From assembly GCA_973895155.1 (NCBI GenBank), contig OZ316895.1, positions 22,022,558-22,086,557 of the forward strand: 64,000 bases of DNA, given 5' to 3'. The number at the start of each line of letters is the position of its first letter. Position 1 is the first letter of the stretch. The DNA comes from Marsupella aquatica (lineage: Eukaryota; Plantae; Marchantiophyta). The notes under the pieces were generated by a model. The model was not told where the DNA came from. It did not search any database and saw only the letters and a program-made list of their open reading frames with translations. Shown piece after piece: positions 23,771-36,200 of this stretch. Both the position numbers and the translations under genes were made by a program.

Positions 23771-25009
23771 ACGAATTTTCAGAGCGACTGGAAGAATGGA
23801 AAGAGAGTGAGAAGAAAACGTACACTGAAACTAACCAATCTTGAGCTTCGGTTTTCGCCAATCTCGAGCTGGACATATCCGAATTTCCGAATTTTGGAGA
23901 TGAGTGAGATGAGTTGTTCCTTCATTCTTTGGAGCCCAGACCCTTTTAAATCATTACACCATCATCCTCTCTCAGATTTGGGGCAAGCCTGGGATTGGAT
24001 TGCCTTCGCTGAGGGATATGCGGGGCCCACAACTACACTTTACCAAAGTTAGTGTTACTATTGAAAATAGTGTGACAGTGTAACTGGTGTGAGAAGAGTA
24101 ATATGTGAGTAGAGAAATTTTGGAGCTCAAATAATGGTAATTATGGAATACTAGCGATTGCACTGTGCAAGGAGCCCTGGTCGGGGCATTTATAGGGCAG
24201 TGGGAAGCACATATGTGTCAGGGGTACACATTTCTCTCATCAATGGTCAGGTAAAACAGTTAATGGAATCCAATGGTTGCGTATCCTTTTTGCCAATGAG
24301 CTTTTTTGTATTGGGATGAAGTACTAAAAAATGTTGGATCCCTTATTATAGTTGTAGATGCTAGCATAACACTAAAATTAATGATTCTTGTGAAAACAGA
24401 CCATAGAAATGTTCATTACTAATATGGTTTAGGCAGCTTCCCAATAATTGCACATCAACATGTGACAATATGTTGTGTACTATGTCACTTCATACCATGT
24501 AAACCCAATTATTCTCCTTAAATCAATGAGTGGTATCTTAGTACCCCTATATATTTTGATCTGATATGTTTAGTTAGGCTCTCTTGGTTTAATGTATTCT
24601 TTGTCCATGTTATTGTCAAACATTCCCACATAATAATGGGACAACTGAGGAACTTTGTAATTCTATAATTAGTGCTATTGGTAAGAGTAATTGATTAATC
24701 GCAATTAAAGTTTAAGGGAGTCAGTGTTAGTAAGACTACACCTGGTGGGATTCAGTCTGTTTTGAGTTATGCCTAAAGCACCATTTGTGACGTGATATTA
24801 GGGTCAATAGCAAGGCAAGTGGTGCAGGTAGTAGACTTTGGGGGAGAGCATCCCAACTCTATCCCCAAATCATATGGGTACTTTGCAATCTACCAGCACA
24901 CGGGTCCCAAAACAAATTATAGGTCCCAGTCTCTGCAGATCAAAATATGACATATATGGTATACAACATCCCTTCGTACCATGATAGGTGTACAACATTC
25001 TTCCATACC

Positions 25010-25668
25010 ATGACAAACCTTGTTATTTTCTTTAAATCAATGAGTGCACTATGTTACCACATTTTGATGTGTGATTACCAACATACCATAACAAACCTTG
25101 TTATTTTCTTTAAATCAATGAGTGCCCAACCTTGTTATTTTCTTTTAATAAATGAGTGCACACCACATGTTAGCACATTTTTATGTGTGATTTACCAACA
25201 GGGCAAATTATGTGTAGCATACCACATTTTGATGTGTGATTACCAACAGGGCAAATTATGTGTCACATACCACATTTTGATGTGTAGATTACCAGCAGGG
25301 CAAATTATGTGTAGCAATGATGTGTGATTATCAACAGGGAAAATTATGTGTTGCATACCACATTTTGATGTGTAGATTACCAGCAGGGCAAATTATGTGT
25401 AGCAATGATGTGTGGTTATCAACAGGGCAAATTATGTGTCACATATCACATTTTGATGTGTGATTACCAGCAGGGAAAATTATGTGTAGCAATTGCAGTC
25501 AAGGGCAAATACCACATTTTGATGTGTGATTACCAGCAAATACCACATTTTGATGTGTGATTACCATTTTGATGTGTGATTACCAGCAGGGCAAATTATG
25601 TGTAGCAATTGCCTTCGAGGTGTCTTGCAAATTATGTGTAGCAATTGCCTTCGAGGTGTCTTGCAATG
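25010..25668. repeat. Minisatellite array of ~48-bp units with partial units
   Basis: Recurrent accacattttgatgtgtgattaccagcagggcaaattatgtgtagca. Confidence 0.92.
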
Positions 25669-27719
25669 GCAGACACTCATTCTTGCAGTTGTGTTTAGCG
25701 TGAGGGGTTCCGCTGGCCCCTTTTTCGCTTGTTCTGGAGTGCAAGCCACAAGGTCTCGCACACTTGTGGCCCGTATTTGACTTTGCTATGGACGGGTGGG
25801 ACCAAACAAGACATAAACATTGAAATCCTTCTAAAAACTTTTCCCAGGGAATGCTCTAACTATGGTAAACCCGGCAGCCAATTGATGGGCGAAGAAGCCG
25901 ATCACATCTTCTACTCTCACCGTAGAGAAACGACTGGAGAGACACATACATTACCACTCCAGTAATTGATTTCCACATACATACTTTGCTGGACTGTGGT
26001 TTCCATTTCTTCAATATTGGAGCTCTCTCAACGGGCAAAAGCGAAGGAAAATGGTTTGACAATTTTATTTTACTTTTAACAGGAAAAGAGCTATCGCTAC
26101 AAGTGTGAGGAGCTAATCATCGACATCTGATGCAAAATTGTCATAAGCAATGCTCCATATTTATCACATGTAGTATTGTAACTCAATCTGTCAGTGGGAC
26201 ATGGTTGTCCTCTAAGGGGCCAAATCTTTGCGGAAGCACACTAGTACCCATAGCTAGAGATTTACAACAGATCCTTGCGCTTGAGCACGCTATAACATCA
26301 CTGAAATTTGCTGGCAAAAGTGCATGGTCAAAATGGATAATGGCGGCCCTATGGAACCCACCTTTCTTTCCCGTCTCGCCTTGTCATTACCACTAACCAT
26401 GCTATAGGCCATCAAATAGCTCGTAAGTTGTCTCGTTCACAATTAGCCCGATGGAAGCAATTTGCTTAAAAAAAAAATTGAGCTGGGCGATTTATTCCCC
26501 GCTAGATGGATTGCACGTTGATCATCGACAGCATTACAACTGTGCTGTATTTACAAAGAATAAAATTAAGCATATCAAGTCAGTATTGATGTTCAAGATA
26601 GCAACCTCACCCCGTTCCCCCTAGTAAAGGTAAGGCCAGGACCTCCACTCAATCGTTTCCTCCAAGACCTTAACGAGGCGAAACTCTTTGCATCACCGGC
26701 AAGAAGACGATGTGCCGAGGTGTTGACAGGGGGACAGCACATTGTTCTCACCGTGGGTATAGTTAACTCTCAAATTGGGCCAGCAAGTTCTGCAGTTTAA
26801 ACTGACGCTTTCGTCCTGCATTATCACATTTCCATGTCAAGTCATAATCATGACCTCATATAATTTAACCACAATTGTACATGATTTCACACTAGAGAAA
26901 ACCTAGAAAATCTAAAGCAATCCTGCCTCAAGGTTCCAAAAGGTATATTTAAAACTGATCCATAATACGTTAGGCCACTCAAGTGATAAGATGTACGTCG
27001 TATCACTACAATTTCCAAGTGCTCACCTCACTGCTTAGGATGCCCGGACATATATTTTGTGGCTTGGCCCAGCTTTGGTCATGTACAGCTTCTTCGGAAT
27101 TGGTTCCCAAAGATCCAACTGAGCTGATGACATCATCAGTAGGCTGCACCAGCGTAAAATTTGGTCGTAATTAGGAATCTGACACAAGAACCTGATCCAA
27201 GTATCTAGAAAAAATCTATACTAAGTAGATATTACCCTCGTCGGATTTTGCAAAAGGCTAAGCAATACACAATGCCATAACCTTAGATATATGTTTCCTG
27301 GTCCTATTGACGAAGGAGGAAATATCCAGCGACCTCCATGTCAAAGTTAATGACAAACAAATGGACTAACCTCGGAACGCCAAAATTTCCACTGGGATGT
27401 CAATCTCTACTAGGTCTCGGACACGGTCTGGCAGGTCCTGTTAGAAACAAGTCAAGTTATTTAGCCAAAGCGTAAAGTGAGATATCTGGTTTTCCTCCAT
27501 AAGATAATCCTGACAATTTGCAGTATATGTAAGTCAGTAAACAGCCAAGAACCTCCGCACAAACTGCGAAGGGAGTTCTGAACTTAGGGCTGAAAGAAAC
27601 TCACCCTTTCGAGCAAGACATAGATGTCGGCATAGAATAGAACATTACGCTGCCAGGATTGCAGTGTCTGTGAATTTCACTTGAACCTGCAAGGATCTTC
27701 CCCTTGTGTACATAAATGG

Positions 27720-30700
27720 CTACTTTGCGCTGTCAACTTCGGCAGCTAAATCAGAAAGGGCCAGTCGCGTTGCGGTAGCAGGACTCATCAGCCATGGAAT
27801 TAACAAACTACCTGTTGTCATCCACCTTCCAGAGTCTAACGAAGGCTTAAAGGGAGCCCTGAGTTTTAGGATCTCTTTCTGCACCGAAGTTTGAACTATG
27901 GATGAGCCCTCTTGCTTACTCAGCTTTCCCCAGCCTGTAACAATAGTAATCAGCGGTGGAAATTGCTGCAAGTCCTTGGAAGCAAACGGATCTGACAGTG
28001 AAGGTAGAAGACGAAGTAACAATTCCACTTCTACTGGCATGCTAGTCTTCAAGTCTCCAGATGGTTGATTAGATTCTTCGCCGACTGTGTCCTCCTTATT
28101 TGCCACCGGTGGAGGATTCAATTCAGATCCCGAGGTGATCATTTTTAAGTTCTCTAAGTGGCGAGCAATAATTACTAGGTGCCCAAACCATTGGTATAAG
28201 GCCACAAGTGCAGTCCCACTTGACAGCCGTCTCAAATCAAGTTTCCATTCCCGTGCATGAATAACACATACATCTTCAAAAATGCCCATTTGCATGACCC
28301 ACGCCACGACATGCGCTGCTCGACGGTACCAGCCCAATGCCCATAAAGCATCCACCAATGAGCTGGTAAATACAGTACAGGTTTTCAGGTCTTCCTTGTC
28401 CAAGAATGAAAAGAGTCTGCTAATGTTGTTTCGTACCTGATGACAGAAAGTACACTTCCGGTTAGAAAGAGGACACAACCTTGATTGACTGAACAGAAAA
28501 CCAAAAATACATGCTCACCAATACACAGAAATCGATGTTTTACTTTGCATGGCTTGTTTCTCTCACCTCCTCATCATTGCTCATTTGTTTCAAAAGCAAC
28601 CGACAGGTATACACCGCTAATTCTGAATCAAGTCCTTGAAGGAAATTAACAAGTACACCTGCATCTTCAGCACTGCTGCACTTAGAACCGAGAGCAGCTA
28701 GTACGATACTACATGTAAAAACGTTTGGAGCACAGTTGATAGCCACCATGTCGGATTGCACATCTTTTACTTTGTGCAACTTGCCCCATTTGATATAAGT
28801 ATCAATAGCCTCGGAAAAAACATGCTGATTGCACATCGACTCCCTTTTTGCCCGGTCATAAAAGGATATCACCTGTCCACCACACAAAACGTCCATCAGC
28901 CCAATCTCGCAATTCGTTTTCCGCGTGGACTGTAGCAGTGACGCCCCTGAAAATCCCATTGTCCAATTGTGATGAGGTAATGGAAGCCACATCTATTCTA
29001 TCTTAATGCTACTCATAACCATAAACCATTGAGTGCTGTAAACCTCACCTCCTGGTAAGCTCCAGAAGCCTTCAGACAGGACATAAGACTAGAAAATGTA
29101 ACGTCGGTGGGCTTAAGACCGGCAAGTTCTAATTCTTTAAATTTCTGCAGCGCCATTTCAGACTTTCCTCCCTTGCCGTACATATCTATCATAGCATTAT
29201 ATGTGACGACATTAGGCTCGAGTCCAAACTCTCTCATTGCCTGAAAAAGCCTTTCTGCTTCGTCAAGATTTCCATCCCGTCCGCAGGCAGTAACTAGAGA
29301 GCTGAAAGTTCGTGTATTAGGACGACAGTTCTCGGCCACCATATCACTTAAAACTTCCAGTGCCTGAGTGCAATGACCTGCAATGATCCGAACGTCAATA
29401 GCCGTACCGAAATTACAATCACAAGAAACCATCAAGAATTCTTACCTCCTCTTCTACCTGCACTCTCAGAACCGGGAATGACCCTAAACTCTCAGAAACG
29501 TTCTGCAGTCTAGCGATCTCAAATTTCAGCGTCAACCTTGAAAACCCTGGCAGTCTCTGCGCGGACTCGGTACTCTCATAAACGCCTCAAATGAAGACCT
29601 AAATTCATGAAGACCTAAACTCATGAAGATAGTGTTTCCGTGCATTAAACATTATACCACAATCCCCCAGCATGCCAGGTCGGATCTCTGGAGACATTCA
29701 GACTAAGACGCTCCATGGAAATTTTGAAAATGTACCTCTGGCCCAAAATCTAAAACCCTTTCAAATTAGGGTTCTTCTCGCAAGACCACCAAACCCTAAA
29801 ATGTTTCAAAAACTGATCTTCTGCAATAGTATGTCGTTATGAACATGCGTGTATCAGCCGTAGAAGCAGTCCGCTCAGATGTCTATAAATTGGAGGCACG
29901 AGAGAAAGGTCCTCCGAAGAATGAAGTGGCTTCACGAATACATCTGAATCTTACCTGAGTTAGCATATAAAGTAATCAACGTTGTGTGAGTAACCACGGA
30001 GGGTTTGAAACCCTTCTTCTTCAAGATATCCAATATTCTCTGAGCTTCTTTCACGTGTCTTCCAGGAATACAAGCTTGAAGTAGAGTATTAAAAGAAACA
30101 AGATCCGGTTGAATGCCTTGAGAATACATGTCTCTGAAAACATCGACCACTGTACCGAGCCCCATTCCGGCTTGGACATAAGAATTCATGACAGTGTTGT
30201 AAGTGATTAGATCCGGCTTGTAGGCGCTGTGCTTCATGGATTCGAAGAGATCCTCCAGAGAATCTATCTGCCCTGCTTTACCCCGTGTGTTCAACATGGC
30301 ATTCAGCAACGCCGGATCCTTCTCCACCTGTGTATTCTCTAGACCCTCAAAAACCTTTTCTGCTAATTCAAAACTGCCGGCCTCACCGAGAGCAGATATG
30401 ATGGTGGTATAGATGTGAGGATCTAATTGGCACCACCCTTGCCTCTCCATCCACCGCAACACTTCAAGGGCAGCCTGAAGATGCCCCTTCCGACCTAAAT
30501 CTTGCATTACGGAGTGGATAATTCTGGCAATCTGTGAGTATGGGACGAACTTAATTGTTGAATAGTTACTATCGGGGCGGTCTCCTTGCCCGCTTAAATT
30601 ATCGAGAGTCCACATAATGTCCACTCTTGAAACGAATTTTCTGAGCCATTCGGTCAACACGTTTCCGACCAATGTGGCATCCTGCAAATTCATGATGGTT

Positions 30701-31299
30701 TGCACAATACTTCCGACAATCTGTGATCTCAGCTCAAGTTTCGCCTTTGTCAAACCATGGAACGCACGAGGAGAGGTCGGAGGCTGTCCCCTCCCATCAC
30801 AACTCTCAAGATTCACACGATCCAATAACTGCATTGAGAAAGCACGGTCTCCTCCATCATCTCCAGGAAGATCTAAACGACTGCTGCTTCTCGATTCCTT
30901 CACCCACGTTGCTTCTTTGCCTGCTGTACCTTGCCCGTCTAGTCCATCCGCAAATGCTTCCACTGATGTGGGTCTTGAGGTCATAGGACTCCCGAAAAAT
31001 ACATCGCCATTGTGAGCCACTCCGGAGCTAGTCCTGGGGAGAGTTTGCCGATGCGATTGTCCATCTCGGCCAGGCGCCCCCGGCCTTGCCGGAAGTCCCC
31101 CTCTCCCACGATTCTCCTGGATGAATCGGGGTGCAACACCGGAGTGGGAGGAGGAGAGCCTCTGGAAACAGCAAGGAAGTGAGAAAAGCTTGGAAGGATA
31201 GAGGAGGAGAGGGTGAATGGTGGACGAGGGGTAGACGACCAAATGTCGAATGGTGAACAACCGCAGCGTTGTCCAGAGGACCAACTGTCCCCCTCCCAT
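27720..31299 (-). CDS. P-class pentatricopeptide repeat protein with C-terminal SMR domain (GUN1/pTAC2-like group); 5' end uncertain
   Basis: Exons about 29950-31160(+), 29049-29378, 28567-28871 and 27720-28435. PPR motifs PDLITYNTVMNSY, PDLVSFNTLL, PNVVTYNAMIDMYGKGG. SMR motifs LDLRRLSSGTA and IVTGWGKLSK...APF...GR. Confidence 0.88.
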
Positions 31300-31526
31300 C
31301 GCGCTGCGCAGGCTCCGCCTCCTCCTCTTGCCTTACAATTCGCATCGTCTTCATCCCCCCGATGACCTTCTCCTCTATTCTACTCTCTCCTCCTCCGCCT
31401 CTCCGTGCCCCAATGCTCCTCTTGCATCCCTCGAAATACCACCACCACAAGCAGTCCATCACAACATCGCGAATCCATCTACAAAACCCCTCACACGTCC
31501 TCAAACTTCCACCGCCACCGCCACCA

Positions 31527-31529
<3 letters not shown>

Positions 31530-31588
<59 letters not shown>
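31530..31588. repeat. (CT)n microsatellite in the 5' region of the PPR-SMR gene
   Basis: About 29 perfect CT units. Confidence 0.97.
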
Positions 31589-31591
<3 letters not shown>

Positions 31592-32704
31592 CCAGAATAC
31601 AACTCTTCAAACTTCCACCACCATCTTCCCAAATCAAATCCCTATTACTCTCCTCAGTGAGTCTCTCTCTCTCTCTTCTGTTCTTTTTCCGCCACCAGTC
31701 TCCCCAATCCAATCTGCTCTCTTTCTCTGTGTCTCTACGTCAAAATACACACCTCAAACTTCCACCGCCATCACCATCTTCCCAATCCAATCCTTCTAAT
31801 GAATCTCTCTCTCTGTCTCTCCATCTCTCTGCTTCTTTCTCAGCCAAAACTCTGAAGAAATCGGAAAAGATCACATTACCTCTCAGGCACATTCATTGCT
31901 CGCGTCCGGCTTGAAATGGGACAGCGCAATTATTCGAAGAGTTGAGAGGGGGAGGAGGGACCCGGAGGAGGAGCAGAGCGACGGAGAGATGTGGCGAGTC
32001 TGTCGCCATAGAATTACTCGCGGCCTTGTTGGTTCGATCTATCGATGAAACTCGCCAAAAAGTGGGATACAGTGAGAAATCGGACACGCGATTTCAAAGT
32101 TACGCATTAACACTTATAATAAGCTTAGTTGGTTTCTATTATCTGTATATAGATATATCGATACTCTCAGATTTACTATTTCGGCTTTTTACCAGCTAGC
32201 TTTTCGTGTATGGGCCTTTTCAAGGCTCAGGCATTCACTCTCCTTCTTTTAGTGTATGGGCTTCTTTTTTCAAGGTTCAGGCATTCATTCTCCTTCTTAG
32301 GGCTTGAGGTTTATTTTTGGGTCTCCCTTCAGGTTCAGTTTAGTGACCCTCCTATGGGAATTAATCCAGAGCTGTACCACTTTTTTCAGTTCTCCCCTTA
32401 GTAGGGTCATGACCCTCCTATGGAGTTTACTCCAGAGCTCTATTAGGTTTTTTTATTCTCCGCTCAGCAGGGTGTTTGCTTTCACGGCTCCTTTGTTGGT
32501 TACTTTTTGGACTTATGTCTTCTTTGGCTTGTGGTTGGGGACCCCTTGGCTTGTTTTTCTTGGGACCCTTTCCCCTTTCTTTCCTCCCCTTCATTGAATT
32601 GTTTTGCCTTTGGGATCTTGTCTCCAGGTTCAGCATTTTCTGCCTTTGTGTAGTGTGATATTTAGTTTCAACACCTATAATTAATAATAGTGTGTTTATT
32701 TGTA

Positions 32705-33075
32705 TGGTTTTAATTATATTGTCATTAAAGATATTCCACTTTATAATATTGTCATTATTTTATTGTATTTATAAATATTTTAGTATATTCTCACCTTAGT
32801 TACTTTGTTGAATTTGTCATCTTTATACAAAACTGTGACATATGTATAAATACAAAAACAAATATGGTAATATAATCAATTTGAACATTTTAGTGGTAAA
32901 ATAATTTAAAGGTGTTTTTTAATATGAAATGTCACTATTTTAATATATAGATGACAAGTTCACCAACATAACTAGAAAAGTTGTATTTTGAAATTGTGAT
33001 AGTTTTATAAATACCAAAAAAACTATGACACTTATAAATTCAAACATCTTTAATGTCAACTTATTTAAAAGTTAA
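32705..33075. mobile_element. AT-rich long imperfect inverted repeat (MITE/fold-back-like)
   Basis: 32796-32860 (tagttactttgttgaatttgtcatctttatac...) is the approximate reverse complement of 32911-32975. 32715-32780 pairs with 33003-33070. Confidence 0.6.
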
Positions 33076-33263
33076 CAATACCTTAACAAAAAATATACAT
33101 AAACAAACTTGGATAGACTACTTAGGCTAAAAGATAAAAACATGTATGACACTTGTAAATTCAAACATTTATAATGGCAATGTATTTAAAAGGTTGACAG
33201 TACCTCTACAAACAAGTATACATACACAAACTTGGATAGACTAGGCTAAAAGATAAAAACATG
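33022..33263. repeat. Tandem duplication of ~120 bp
   Basis: tatgacactt.taaattcaaacat...aaacttggatagacta..ggctaaaagataaaaacatg occurs twice. Confidence 0.85.
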
Positions 33264-36200
33264 CATGGATACTAGTAATTATTTTTCTGTCTATGAAATA
33301 TACTATTAACAAACAAATCATCATTTCACTAACTCTGTGACCACTTGTCATAAAAATACTTTGCAGATGACCAAAGCACTTTAATTGAAAGCTTGGCTCC
33401 ATTCTCTCAATACTCGTTCCCTTCCATATAGTTACTCTAACTATTTTTTACAATTTAATTAAAAAGATAAATATGAAGTACATGTAGATCATTATGTAAA
33501 TACCTTATTTGGCCTTCATGATTTATGAAACATTGAGTAAATTGAGTGCTTCACATTTTATTCATATCTCCTCAAGTAATTTGCTCAATACTAAAAAATC
33601 AAATAATTTAAATAATTTATTCAAAAATATTATTTATGTTTATAAGCCCCGCAAAAGGGGGAAAACAAGCAGCATAATGACTCATAAACCAAATAAACAA
33701 TTCCCACCAAGGATGCTAGGGGGAAAATCTAAAGCCCAAATATGCTTGTTTGTGCTTAAGAAAATTCTTACTTCTGGCTAGTTTTCACTGATTATGGGAT
33801 CACCTTGATAAAAGCATTTTGCAAGCAATTTAAGTTTGTGACTACCATTGGATGTGAAGGAGTTAACCCAATCTCATGAAAATATGTTCAGTCTCCCTCA
33901 AGGTGACTGGAAGGAGACTGGAATCTAATTTTTGAGAATTTTAACTAATGAGAAGTCTCAAAAACAAATTCAATTGGGAATAATACAAAAAAAGGGTTAG
34001 AAATATTTCTAGTGTGTTTTTACTTGGATATGTTCCAAGTAACATGAGATTTTTACTTGGAAATGTTGCTCACAAAATGAGATCCCCCAGCATTCAAATA
34101 TATGTGCCTCGTTCAATAGTAGTCCAATAAAAAAGTATTCATACATCTTTGTCTACTAATTCAAAAAAATTATATTGTTATTCTATACTGTTTGTTATAG
34201 ACAAACAAACTCAATCTAAGTTCTACTTCATTTTCTCTTGCCATTTTACTTCTTTTATTTTGATTGAAAAATGGCACTGGCTTGCAAAAAATAATTTTTG
34301 ACAAATATATGTAATTTGTTTTGAAGCTAAAGTCTATAATAGTAACCTAGGGGTTTAAGATTCTATATTATGAAACAACACTTGGAATCCTGGTCTATTT
34401 TGAGCATCCCTATACAAGTAAACTTTTCAAATGCTTCCATTTCAATGTCTTTTATTAGTATAAAACAATTACCAATTTGCAAATATTTTTAACATATGAT
34501 TGTAAATTATATTTCTTTACCTACTACTCTTTAAAATATTCTTATAAATGTCACTCAAATGTATAAGTTTTTAATTGCACATAATTTCTAGGAATTTCAG
34601 TAGTCTACCCCCCAAGGAAGAAACATTCATACTCCCCATCCAACCCAGATAAACTTGTGGAGCCTTTTATTGCATCTTGTAACAAACTGGGAGTGTTTTT
34701 TGTCATTAAAACCCTATCATTTTATTATAAAAAAAACCTCACAAACTACATCATAAGTAAAATGATCACATCCTCACTTTTGTACTCCAATGATGTAGTC
34801 ATTGGTTAAATTCTCTAGTGTAGCAAAAATTAAAAGGAGTCTCAACAGCAATTCAAATTTAAGTAACATAAATAATACACCTTGTTTAGGCACATTCAAA
34901 TAAAAATATATTACATGAAATCTCATTTTGATAAGAACCCGGACAAAATCTGAAAGATGCATTCACTTTTGGACCAAGTCATTACGGTGGAGAGTGAATT
35001 AAATATTTCTTTTATTTTTCAAGAAAAAAAATGTCAAAATTTATCTTGGTTTGACAATTTCACGGTTTGGGATTGTGATTAAAAACATTTCATGTGCTTT
35101 ATTCATCCAATATCATCCAATGTCCAAATGCATAAAAGTTTAGCATTGTTGACGCAGATAAAAATGCAGTGGCAATGACGTAAATAATAAACTATGTGTT
35201 TGGATATAAACTTCATTTTTGAGCGCACGGGCATCTTGTTGAATAATGAGATGGATGATTTTTTGACTTTGTTCCCAAGATTGTTTTCTTGTCCTGGACT
35301 ACTTGTAAAACAAAAGTAGAGTCTGCCGTAAAAATTACTATTGTTCATCAGAGTTGAACACTTATGATCATGTTGAAGATATGATTCATACACATTCATA
35401 TCCACATTTAAAGTGTATAAATTTCAAAGTTTTTAGAGATTTCTCTCAAACTCAATAGAATCGCATAGAGTAACACTTAGAATATGTTAATATTAGAATT
35501 TTTTATCTTCTTGCTATTGAATGTTTGGGTTTTAGTATCTTTGGCACCACCAGAGTTTGAGTCTGAATGGCCTCCAATATCTCTTCTTAGTGAGGGTGAG
35601 CTCTTTAGTAAGATAGACTCTGAATTTATCTCGTAGAATACAAGAAATATATTTTTCATCATTTTCATCAAGCAATACTTATTAATGCAATATGCTTCTT
35701 TAAAAGTATCAAGATCCATATGATTATAGATGTAACTAACTTCAATATTGAGGTAGTGCTTGTGGAAGTCCTCTATTGTCAGCATTCTCCCATAGTCATG
35801 TCATTGTATAAATTAAATTTCTCATTTCTAAGTTGTGGATGTAACTCTTTCAATGCTTACATCATAATCACTTTTAATGCATAAAAGCATAAACGCTTCA
35901 AAGCATGTAATTTAGTCTAAACAACACTCTTAAACACTCAAAAAAATATTACATATTTTTAAAATTCATTTTTGCATTCGGATTTTTTCCAAAGACAACG
36001 TCATGGCAAGTCTATTATTATCACTTTGCGACATATCAAGTTGAGACATGTTTATGACATGCAACAGTTGATCATATGAGCTGTCTAGAGTCACGAACTC
36101 TTCAAGGGTGACCTTCAAATTGTCATTTTTCTAGCTTAACATAATAGATATTACAAACACACCTATTTACTCTCTACCCCCCCCCCCCCCCTCTTCCCAA

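Noticed and set aside
31028-31914. Several 130-176 aa ORFs with SLSLSL or ERERER runs
   Set aside because: Translations of the (CT)n microsatellite and pyrimidine-rich leader. Part may be the true first exon of the PPR-SMR gene, but I cannot resolve it.
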